Shown here piece by piece: positions 26,911-39,300 of a stretch of 64,000 nucleotides of DNA. Source of the DNA: Mizuhopecten yessoensis (taxonomy: Eukaryota); NCBI RefSeq assembly GCF_002113885.1, contig NW_018405126.1:146867-210866 (forward strand), in the 5' to 3' direction. The first letter of the stretch is position 1, and each line of letters starts with the position of its first letter. The notes under the pieces are model-generated. The model did no database searches. It saw only the letters and a list, made by a program, of their open reading frames with translations, and was not told where the DNA came from. The position numbers and the translations under genes were made by a program.

Positions 26911-27986
26911 GCTGTCTGGGGTGTAATATGATAAACTCGTCACTGATCTAAAATATCGAGCGATGACTTTAATCTTTGTGATGAGTTCATCCAACAGATC
27001 GAAATCTTTTGTGTAGATAAACCTGACTTGTGCTAATTGGTTGATGTAACCTGTTATAGTCATAAATCCATGTACTAGCAGGGCACAATACTGTTATAAC
27101 GTTGCTTACTTCCATAGTGTTAGAGGAATGGCTGTCGTATTTTACATTAATCTCTAAAATCCAAGCTTTTTTGCATATAAATAGTAATACACAAACGTTT
27201 GGAAATCATACATTTGAAAACACAAATGTATCGTAACAAAATATTGTCATATGACATCAAAAGATTAAAGTTAAGTAAAGTCTAACAATGACATACTTGT
27301 CACGGATTTCACCGAGTAATCAGAGAACAACAGAGACACATTAATTGTTTTTTGAACTTTAAACGATATCCTATAGCTCTGACCTTATAATACATGTACT
27401 ACTTTAAGAACAGACTAATAATACGTGTTAAATTCCTTTACTGTCTCCTTAATGTTATTTAGCCAATAAAAACAAAGATACTTGATTGATGAATATCAGA
27501 ATATATTTTATTAGAGTAGACAATTTGTACAATTACATTAGACATTTCATGGGGATAACTGGGAAACAATTACTTACTTTCTAATGTATAGTCTTTCCAA
27601 TCCGTACTTAATGCACTAGTCACTGACAAAACCAATACAGTTTCAATTACAAGGAAACACTGAATAAATCTTAACAGACATTCCGTTTCCAGTGATGTAT
27701 GAAACGTACATTCTTGTTCACCAGACCGAGATATCCGCCTTTCCGGCGGTGCTGGAAAGTTCTATCCGACCCACGGGTCTGGATCACTAGCACGCGCAGA
27801 CTGGCGGGGGAATTAAAGTCAAGCTATTGTTCGTGACGTCATTTTCTGACGTTTTGGGGTCAGTCAGGGTCATTGACGTCATTTACATTGCCATCATGTC
27901 TTCATATGCAAATGAAAAATGGGCGGACAGTTTACAACTTTATTAGAAGAGCAGCTGTTTTTACGGGTTTTAGGTAACAAGCAAGA

Positions 27987-28138
27987 AATAGAATCCATCC
28001 CGGATGTGAAGTATGGATAAGGTAATTCAAACCCTCGTGATTAAATATTGAGCAAAGCCTCGGGTCTCCTTCTCAATATTTTTTCCCCTTGCGGTTGAAT
28101 TACATTATCCATACCTCACATCAGGAATGGATTCTATT
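27987..28138. repeat. About 150-bp imperfect palindrome downstream of copy C
   Basis: 44-bp arms with about 4 mismatches (aatagaatccatcccggatgtgaagtatggataaggtaattcaa / ttgaattacattatccatacctcacatcaggaatggattctatt) plus an inner 10-bp stem. Confidence 0.75.
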
Positions 28139-28457
28139 ATTACGGGGTAAAAGAGGCATTGACATGATTAAGCACTACTGACAAACATGTCTGGTAAACT
28201 ATTGATAAATCTGAAAGTCCAGTCTCTGTTGATGATTTATGGTATATTCATAATATTTTTCACAGAGACCTTGCTATTGTATATACAACAAAGCATTGTC
28301 CCTAGTCCTATATGTGTTAACCTTGCAGACACTTGCTACTACAAATCATCTAACATTCAATGTACCTTAACAAGTTATCGTCTGCTATTTTGAATATACT
28401 CACTATTGATACAAGTAGCTTCATATTATACGATATCATTCGACTTTAACGTTGTTG

Positions 28458-31400
28458 TCAACCAAGAAAATTGAGATAAGATACTCTTTCCTCAGCTGAG
28501 TCGCTGTCCGTCACATGGACTTCTATCTCCGCGCCACCGAATGTAAACTGGACGTCTGCTCCTCTATTCAGTCCTTTGCTAGTGTCGGGTATTTCAATTA
28601 CAAGTGAACCAATACATTCACAACCCTCGTCTGTAACATACTCAGGTGATGGGTAGGGCGAAATGTAGATATCGAAAAATAGCTTTGTTTGAAACGGTTC
28701 TGTGACAGTATAATGGTGGGGTTTTAAACTCTGCCACACAGGAATTGACTGTCCTTTTTGTGCATGTACGCTGAATATATCATGACAACGTGCCAAACCT
28801 CCACCCATAAAATACTTCTCCCTTGGATGTTTCCCCGGAATAAATACTACCGACGTTTCTGTACCATATGTATACCTACTGATCCTTTCCGTGATTATGT
28901 CTAGCTCATGACCGTTGATTACGGCACCTTTCAAGACGGCAAGGCCAGCCTCGTTTGGAATGACAAGACGCTTGTCCGGGAACTTGGCGGAAATTTCCGT
29001 CTGTAGTAGAGGACATTCCGAGTATCCGCCGACGAGAAGGATGGCCTGAGTCTGTTCTACCTCTGTGTGTTCCATCAGCTCTACCACGTGATCTATTATC
29101 TTCTGGACAGATTGTCGGAACATCGTTTGAGCTAGCTCAGACTTGATTCGCAGTCTATCCATCTTCCACGTGAGGTTATTTGCATACTTCTTGTTAGAGG
29201 ATATGCTTTCCTCGACGGTTTTATTTGGATGCATATCGGCGAAAGTGTCCATCAGACTGATTGGGAGAGTAAACGTAATTTTTGCGTCAGTCGCTGATGA
29301 GATTGATCTTTTCTTAGTTTCAAACGACCTTTGTAGCTCTAGGTAGTCAGCAACATGTTTTTGCTTAAACTCGTTAAAAACATCAGCTCCCAAGATTTCA
29401 GAAAGAAGCATTTCAAACTCCTTGTCGACCATGGTCCCGCCCCAGTCCCCTCCATTTGCCATGTAAACCTCTTTCAGCTTCAGACCTTCCAGCACCTCGT
29501 GTACCGTGATATCAACGGTTCCTCCTGTAGAGTAAATCAGTAGAGCTCAATATACAACAGTAACAACTCGTAAGAATAAATCAAAACAACTAAATGACAG
29601 TATGATTAAAAAAAACTAAAACAAAAACATAGTTTGATTGTGTGATAAAGCGCACCTAACTCAATGATAGTGCCTCGGATTAGAAGCCAGTCCTTTTGAA
29701 TTTATCCATTTGATATCAAAACTATCAGTAAAACATCATAATAATTATTCATAAGTACTAAATACGTTTTATTCCTGTCCAAGAGCGGTCAAAACACCAG
29801 AAAAATCCACGACGGTTTTTTTGTTCCTTCCTTCCCTTAAATTAATTTATGGTTTAAATGTAGCGCGACCTGGCCAGAATACTTCTGTTGAGGTACACTA
29901 GATTGGTTAGCTCAGTTGGTAAGCTGGTAAGCTCGCGGTACAATGATCTAAACTGCACGGTTCAAATCCTGCACTACCCCGTTGTATTATTTTTTATTAT
30001 TTTATCTCTATTGTTTTTGCATAAAAGTCCCGCAATGTATCGGTTTCTTTTCAGAAAGTTTTTTCTAAGCTATAGTCGTGTCCAATTAAAAAATCCAATT
30101 AACAGGTCAACGAGTGACAGGGTTTGGCAGCGGTTAGGGGGCCTTTAGGTGATTGTGAGATAACGATACCTGTTGTTATCACTAGATATTGATATGTATT
30201 CAAATTGCACACCCAGTGCAAAGTAAAGTTGTTGTTTTATTTTTAGATATTCGAGAAACGGTTTGTAAGCAAAGGATAAATTATAGAATGTCATAAGTGC
30301 ACAATACAGACTTATGTGACCACAATAAAGCAAATGGAAATAATGGTGAATATATACTCCACAACAATTGTCTGTTATGCGTTAAACTTTGTAAAGTCAT
30401 AACATCATAACATTAGCCAATGGTACCTGATCAATAGGACTTCTATATTACCATGATATTTTTTCTCTCTTTTCTAATTCTTGGTGGTTTCGTAACATCT
30501 CACTTGGCGACACCTCACCTTTCGGCCTTGGTGTTGAATGTTCGCCAGGGCCAGCAAAAGGAGTTCTGTTCCAATACCCACCGCGACAAAGCTCTAAAAT
30601 TGCTACTTGTTCACACGTACCTATACTAGTAATGTGGGTTATCGTATTGATAGACACGGTCTAACAATATAATTTAATAATTCAACCTTTATCTCCATTA
30701 ACTCTTACCACCAACATCCACCACCATATATCGCGACCCAGGTCGAAACACCACCAGGTTGTCTCCCACTTTTCCAACAGACATGTCTTTCAGCGGTAGG
30801 TATTTACAGAACATAGCAGCCGCCTCGGCTTCTAACGACAGGACGAGTTGATATCCTGGGATTCCAGCCTGAACGAAGATATTATTAATGTCATTGAAAT
30901 TTAAACTTGCTCAGAATTCGGTCTTAAATACATTTCATCTAATTTAGAGGAGCTCTCATATACATATGTTTACCATAACAACGATAATGGTATCACCTTA
31001 ACGTTGACATGTTGCGTTTCCTCAGGGTTCATGTGACACGTGTCAGAAAACATTATTGTGATATGTAAGAAGTGAAATACATAATGTATTATATATATGA
31101 CTTTTGTTGTTTTATTATGACGATATACATATGAGATAATAAAAGTACTCGAAGAAAATCCATTGTCGATAACATGCTGAGCGCATTTCATCTGGGTTCA
31201 TGTGGCAAAAGTCAGAAAATAACACTTTGATATGTAAAAAAATATCTTCTTATTGTAGTGACAGATTCTTGTAATGACGATATACACATTAGATTATAAA
31301 TGTACTCGAAAAAAGGGCATTGTTGACTACCTGCTGAGCGCATTCCCTCATGAATTGCTTTGCTCGGTCATTCCAAATAGCAGGCACTGTCAGGACCCAT

Positions 31401-33091
31401 CTGACGTCAGACATCAGCAATTCTAACCTCCTTTTCTTACAAGTATCAAGGAGATGGTCCTTCAGATACTTTACTGCTTCTGCAAACACTTTCATTGCCA
31501 GCATTGGTTTCTGATTTTGTGCATACAATTTCATGGATCTGGTGATATCCTAAAACAAACATTTGGTAATTGCTAATTTTGCATCACAGAACAAAATCCC
31601 ACTCATAGAGTTCATATATGTCTTATCAAACAACCTTTTCCGTCTTAAATTTTCAATCCAGGCCTTTTTCAAGTACCTAGGAAAAATTCTATCTCCATGT
31701 TGTGTCCTTTACTCAGTAAAAATGTACAGTTGTCTGTGGACCTATGACGTCATCTATCCTTGTGAAGTCATTGTAATTATGACGTCTCTGTTACAATTGT
31801 TATATATATATTATACACAGAGAAACAGCTAGAACATGCTTTACATCACTTTCCCTGTCCACAATTTGTAGCCAGCTCTGAGTTAGCGGTACTATAGAGA
31901 TTTGTTTTAAAACTCAATCATGACAGAGTTTTTAAATCCTCATCATAAAGATTGCCCTCCCCAAAATGCCTTCTTATTGTTTTTTATTTCTCTCTTAAGA
32001 AACACTACACAGATGTTCGCTGAATTTCTTTCTTTCAAATAAAGTGTTTCTGTCTCTCCTACATCTAAAGTGAAAACAGTGTTCTTACATTACTCCGGTT
32101 GAAGTTCACATGTATCTTTGGTAGTTGAAAGGTTTATAGGTCATCGATAAATCGTGAAAGCCGACCAATAGCCCCTTCCGAAACCGGGACAAAAAAACCT
32201 GGTCAGATCCATACAATTTTTAACAGTGGAATCGTGTATAAATTTCAAAATTTTCTGCTAAAATTTGTAAAAATTGTTTTCTTAATTTTACATTTAGAAT
32301 GGCATCATAATTTAATCCTTAGCAAATTGGAATCCAGAATAATGTATATATGAAGGTGGTAAAACAACAGTGAATCACTGTGTGGAATTATATAAATCAT
32401 TATACATTTCGACCTCTTTAACATCTAATTAACTTAGTTATGATTGCTGGCGAAGAGCGCGGGTCTTTTGTTTATTCCCGTGCTGTTAAAACATGTGGCT
32501 AGGAGGCCATGTATATCAGTAATGTGAATTATTTACCTTTTGCTCATAAAGTGACATCTTAAAGCGTCTAAAAAAGAACCAGTCATGGTGCTTATCGTCG
32601 TTTATCAGCTTGGCGTACTTGTCTTCGGCTTCAAAACCAAACGTGTCAAAACTTTCGTCTGGTTTAAACAGAACGCACGTAGAAGTCTTTAGGGAAGCGA
32701 GATTTCCGGATCCTGCTTGCCATACAAGTGTATTGATATTCAATGGGTTTTTGGTATACTCCAGCCGTGATGAGAATGCGTACCCCGAGTAGGTTGTGCC
32801 GAAGTCCAATGCTGCCACTAAAATGTATGGACTGTTCTTCAGGTCTCTTTTCTGTAATACATAACAACTTAACAATTACCTGATGGCTGTCAGCATTTTA
32901 TTTTCATGATAGTATGTTGGGGTTGAATATCAATCGGAATGTTTTATTGATGAAATATCTTTTAAAATAAAAATAACCGAGAACAACAACAACAAAAGTA
33001 CTGAAGCGTTAACTGTGCTCGTATGTCTCAATATTATATCATGACTCACCAGTATCCTAGGCTGTGTCTGCTGTCGAACTTGTGACTCCAT
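28458..33091 (-). CDS. HSPA12: HSPA12-like atypical Hsp70, copy C (predicted 600 aa)
   Basis: Exons 33091-33050, 32851-32537, 31549-31331, 30868-30709, 29524-28458 (42+315+219+160+1067=1803 nt). GT-AG introns, no disruption seen. Confidence 0.9.
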
Positions 33092-33847
33092 CTGAAGCAA
33101 TGGATAAGTAGGTCTCTATGTACCTCTGTAACGATGACTTATGTGACTGCATTAATGTTTCAGTATCGGCATAATGAGTGGATGAGATGTGGATATTTTC
33201 AGAAAAATGGGAAAATATTACAACGAATATTTTAAAATGACAAACTATATAGCAATGGATTGAGCACATATATAGAGGTAAAACGTTTTAAACGTAATGT
33301 GACGGTAACAATAAATATTAAACAAACAACGAATACTAAATTTCGCTAGCACTTTCACCCATCTTGGGGCTCATCAGACAAAAGTGCTAGCGAAATTGTG
33401 TCTTCATGTTTTGTTATATATAAGAAATGAAACTAATTGGTCAAAATGAACGAAATTCTACATAGAAACAAACCAATTCGTGTTTGAAAAGATTGTCGGT
33501 AAAGTGTTTATCGCTCCGAGGTCACTATTCAAAAACTATAAACTATAAAAGTAGACATTTTGAAAAAAAAGGATTGAAGGATATGACGCTGTGAGAATAT
33601 TTGTATAAACCTAACATTTATAACAAAAAGTAATATTATTGATTTGTTTGACGTAATCAGTAACATTTATGAAGCCACACGCAACAAATGTAGAAAAGTT
33701 AATTGGCAAGATATTTTGTATACGTTTCCGATAAGCAAGTACAATAATTGTGAAGCATGCGCACTCATTTCGCCATTAAAGACCCCTGCTAATGGCAACC
33801 GATCATAACACGACGCCCTATTTGTTAGCTAAACTGTTAGGTTATAT

Positions 33848-35360
33848 TGTAAAAATGTGGTATTTTACTGGATTGTTTGTCATGAAGTATGATATTTCCC
33901 TGAATTGTTCAATAATAGTGTGACAGTAGTGTGACAGTAGTTTAAATGTTGTAAATAAACATGTTTTTAAACACAATGTCCATTCAAACGGTATTTACTC
34001 TTATTTAAGTGTTTTCCAGTGTTCAGTATGGTTATTATTCAGATGTAAATACCTTGATTATCTTGGTTAATCGTTAGTCCAGGGTAAGAACCGTCTGGAG
34101 AGAGTGAGAAATGTAATGTTTTTGCAGAGAACGTATACCCTGCTAGTGTGTATGGACGTCGCCATTTTGTGAACTCTCGTGACCTCTTGAACTGTGTCAG
34201 TCGGGGTCACTTGAGTGTTTATTCCGTTGTGTATTGAAAGTATTGGATATATGGGATTCGATGGAAATATGGGATGCGTTGGAAGTATTGGATTGCGAGT
34301 CAGAGAGTGAATAACGGTACGAAAGAGTTGTAGATGTGGATACTATGAAATACTATATATTAATGTTGATTTGTGAAGTATTTTTCATACAAGTGCCAAT
34401 GTAGATCGTCGTATTTTATTTGGGTTCAACGGGTACTACGTTGCGAGCAACGGGTGTGGCGCCGTTACCTCTTCGGAGTCCGCTGGGGAACGGGTGTTGC
34501 CCCGTTGAGCTCGTGCGTTGCCCCGTTGATGTTAGCGTTCTTACCAGGGGCGTAGAGATTCCTTGGGGCGTTGGGAAATCAGTTGCGATCGTATATTCTG
34601 AGGGGAAGGTTGGTTTTGAGCTGCTGGCGGCTACTACACTTTTGGATCGTTCCAAAACCGTGGAGCTGTCAGTATGCTTGGTTTGTAGGATAAGGGAAGC
34701 AACTCGTAGAATAGAATATGGGGATGGACGGGAGATTTTAGTAATATTAACATTTATGGAAGATAATTTAACTTTGTCTTTCTAGCGTACTTTTGGTGGT
34801 ACTTTTGGTGTTTCAGACAATAGAGTTTGACTTTAGAATCATTGATTCATAGAGCCTAGTGATCAGAATAATTCTAGATCTATATTTTATCCATTTGCTA
34901 ATCCTATATTAATTCATATAGAGTTGGGATTTTATAGTATTCATTCATTGGCACTTGGTTCATTTCTGTTATTAGCTAAACTACAGTAGGGATAAATAGA
35001 CTTGTTTTGTCCCCTACATATATCAGAAAGTTCTGGTATCCAGGGTTCAGACATAGTTCTACCTTTATTGTACATCATATTTATGAGAGAATTTGGAGAG
35101 AGTCTGTAGAATTGTTGTATCTGCATGTATCTGTGTAATTTGATATTGGGTTCCTTAATAAACGGTAACCGTAAAGGTGTGCGTAAACTTATCTTATGCT
35201 TTCTGGTTCTTCTTTAGTTACTTAGAACTAGTCAGTCATTAGGTACTTGGTTTGGAAATACCATATAATTTCCTGGGGGCTTGTCATAAGCATTTAGTGA
35301 CAGTTTAGAATAGTCGTGCTCTCCATGTAAAGGGTTGAGCCAGGGGCGAAGACCGTTACA
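33848..35360. mobile_element. Solo LTR (1513 bp, probably Gypsy-type) inserted in intron 1 of copy C
   Basis: Starts TGTAA and ends TTACA, flanked by the 4-bp direct repeat ATAT (33844-33847 and 35361-35364). The paralogous site in copy A (about 13240, gttaggtaatatagggc) is empty. AATAAA about 200 bp before the right end. No gag/pol. Confidence 0.85.
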
Positions 35361-36373
35361 ATATAGGGTATTTAAAAAGTTAAATTTATCCATGATGGGT
35401 ATATATTCCACACACGTAAATGGCTTGTTACGTTTATTGTGTGGGCAAAAACTTGTGTTACAAAAGTCTACCTGCCCTTGTCAACAGTGTAATGTTCTGT
35501 ACTAAATACACTACAAATACAAAAATAATATTTGAAATTTTGTGTGGAAAGATGATACAATAAAATAAAAATCTCATGATGACCGATATTCTATATCTTT
35601 CGCTGGTGTGATGATGATGATCATTATATATATCGATACTCACCGCAGTGGTTATCAGCCGACAACTCCACCAAACGTTCTGCCAGGTCATGCTGTTTGC
35701 CAGAGGTAACGATACAATATAAAAGTTGTCTACGTTGATAAACACGAATCCCTCCAAGGCCGACGCTAATGACTTAACCAGGAAGTAAAAACCAAGCTTG
35801 TTTAAAGAAATGTTATACCTGGTCTTCAATCATTCGGTTTTCAGACCTTCGTACTCAAACCTATATTTTTACCGAATAGGTACATGTACATACAAATAAC
35901 CTCTCGATTACATAAATGCGTACTTATTAGTTATATCTGTTCAACAGACGTATATACATAATCAGATTCTATTCGTCCTCGAGGAGTTGTATAGATGGTA
36001 TAGACGTTGCATGCACGACGAACCTTTATAAACATTATTTACATTTCGGATAAAAGGACTTTAGAAATTTTAAAAACTTTCCACTAAAACATGGCATGTA
36101 TATCATGCCTATTGAGAGTCAATAAAATGGTTTTCGAACTAGGCCAACATCCAGACAAACTATCATTCAGACACTATTATTCAAACATGGCTCAGAACAA
36201 AACATTGAGACACGCTATGATTCAAACGTATTAAAAAAATACGCATCTATTGAATGGTGTATGTTTATATATGTCAATAACGGATTATCTAAAACTTTAA
36301 AGTATCTCGTTCCCCGTACTTTCACAGCACAACATAAGTTTGAGTGAAAACACCTCCCTCTAAGATAAAGTAA

Positions 36374-39300
36374 TGTAACACGTAACAACCGTCATTGTTT
36401 CTCCTTCACAACATGAAATATGCTGTGAAGGAGACAATGGGACGGGTTTTACATGCTGTGACGGAGACAATGGGACGGGTTTTACATGCTGTGACGGAGA
36501 CAATGGGACGGGTTTTACATGCTGTGACGGAGACAATGGGACGGGTGTTACATGCTGTGACGGAGACAATGGGACGGGTGTTACATGCTGTGACGGAGAC
36601 AATGGGACGGGTGGTAAATGTTGTGACTGGAGACAACGTGAGGGGTGGTAAATGATGTGACTGGAGATAACGTGACGGGTGTTAAATGTTGTGACTGGAG
36701 ACAACGTGACGGGTGTTAAATGTTGTGACTGGAGACAACGTGACGGGTGTTAAATGTTGTGACTGGAGACAACGTGACGGGTGTTAAATGTTGTGACTGG
36801 AGACAACGTGACGGGTGTTAAATGTTGTGACTGGAGACAACGTGACGGGTGTTAAATGTTGTGACTGGAGACAACGTGACGGGTGTTAAATGTTGTGACT
36901 GGAGACAACGTGACGGGTGTTAAATGTTGTGACTGGAGATAACGTGACGGGTGTTAAATGTTGTGACTGGAGACAACGTGACGGGTGTTAAATGTTGTGA
37001 CTGGAGACAACGTGACGGGTGTTAAATGTTGTGACTGGAGACAACGTGACGGGTGTTAAATGTTGTGACTGGAGACAACGTGACGGGTGTTAAATGTTGT
37101 GACTGGAGACAACGTGACGGGTGTTAAATGTTGTGACTGGAGACAACGTGACGGGTGTTAAATGTTGTGACTGGAGACAACGTGACGGGTGTTAAATGTT
37201 GTGACTGGAGACAACGTGACGGGTGTTAAATGTTGTGACTGGAGACAACGTGACGGGTGTTAAATGTTGTGACTGGAGACAACGTGACGGGTGTTAAATG
37301 TTGTGACTGGAGACAACGTGACGGGTGTTAAATGTTGTGACTGGAGACAACGTGACGGGTGTTAAATGTTGTGACTGGAGACAACGTGACGGGTGTTAAA
37401 TGTTGTGACTGGAGACAACGTGACGGGTGTTAAATGTTGTGACTGGAGACAACGTGACGGGTGTTAAATGTTGTGACTGGAGACAACGTGACGGGTGTTA
37501 AATGTTGTGACTGGAGACAACGTGACGGGTGTTAAATGTTGTGACTGGAGACAACGTGACGGGTGTTAAATGTTGTGACTGGAGACAACGTGACGGGTGT
37601 TAAATGTTGTGACTGGAGACAACGTGACGGGTGTTAAATGTTGTGACTGGAGACAACGTGACGGGTGTTAAATGTTGTGACTGGAGACAACGTGACGGGT
37701 GTTAAATGTTGTGACTGGAGACAACGTGACGGGTGTTAAATGTTGTGACTGGAGACAACGTGACGGGTGTTAAATGTTGTGACTGGAGACAACGTGACGG
37801 GTGTTAAATGTTGTGACTGGAGACAACGTGACGGGTGTTAAATGTTGTGACTGGAGACAACGTGACGGGTGTTAAATGTTGTGACTGGAGACAACGTGAC
37901 GGGTGTTAAATGTTGTGACTGGAGATAACGTGACGGGTGTTAAATGTTGTGACTGGAGACAACGTGACGGGTGTTAAATGTTGTGACTGGAGACAACGTG
38001 ACGGGTGTTAAATGTTGTGACTGGAGACAACGTGACGGGTGTTAAATGTTGTGACTGGAGACAACGTGACGGGTGTTAAATGTTGTGACTGGAGACAACG
38101 TGACGGGTGTTAAATGTTGTGACTGGAGATAACGTGACGGGTGTTAAATGTTGTGACTGGAGATAACGTGACGGGTGTTAAATGTTGTGACTGGAGATAA
38201 CGTGACGGGTGTTAAATGTTGTGACTGGAGACACCATGTAACAACCGTGTTGATGTCTCCCTCACCACATATAACATTCGTCATTATGTCTCCAATCAAA
38301 ATAACATTTAATACCATTCATCATGTCTCCCGTCAAAACATGGACAACCCGTCATGATATCTCTCGTAGAAACCCCATATAACACCCTTCATGACGTCTC
38401 CATTACAACATGTAACACTCGTCATGATGTCTCCCGTACCAACATGTAATACCCGTCATGACGTCTCCGTCAAAACATATAACATCTGTCACGATGTCTC
38501 CGTCAAAACATATAACATCTGTCAGGACGTCTACCGTCAACAACATGTAACACCCGTCATGATGTCTCCCGTCAACACCATGTAACACCCGTCATGATGT
38601 CTCCCGTCACAACATGTAACATCCGTCACGATGTCTCCGTCACAATAAAGTACATCCGTCATGATGTCTCCGTCACAACATGTAACACCCGTCATGATGT
38701 CTTCCGTTACAACATGTAACACACGTCATGATGTCTCCCGTTACAACATGCAACACACGTCATGATGTCTCCCGTTACAACATGTAATACACGTCATGAT
38801 GTCTCCCGTTACAACATGTAACACCCGTCATTATATGTCTCCCGTTACAACATGTAACACCCGTCATGATGTCTCCCGTTACAACATGTAACACCCGTCA
38901 CGATGTCTCCGTCACAATAAAGTACATCCGTCATGATGTCTCCGTCACAACATGTAACACCCGTCATGATGTCTCCCGTTCCAACATGTAACACCCGTCA
39001 TTATATGTCTCCCGTTACAACATGTAACACCCGTCATGATGTCTCCCGTTACAACATGTAGCACCCGTCATGATGTCTCCCGTTACAACATGTAACACCC
39101 GTCACGATGTCTCCGTCACAACAAATTACATCCGTCATGATATCTTCGTCACAACATGAAGCACCCTTCATGAAGTCTGCTTCACTACATGAAATACCCG
39201 TCATGCTGTATCTCGTTAACAACATGTTACATCCGTCATGATGTCTCCGTCACAACATGTAACTCCCGTCCTGATGTTTCCGTCACAACATGTAACTCCC

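Noticed and set aside
31560-32410. About 850-bp extra sequence in intron 3 of C (partly in B) versus A and D
   Set aside because: Probably an insertion, but I could not find TIRs, a TSD or coding similarity to classify it.
34373-34785. GC-richer ORFs inside intron 1 of C
   Set aside because: They are internal to the solo LTR, short, overlapping, and have no gag/pol motifs.
36622-38232. CRISPR-like regular 34-bp repeat
   Set aside because: Monomers are head-to-tail with no unique spacers, there are no cas genes, and the context is eukaryotic.
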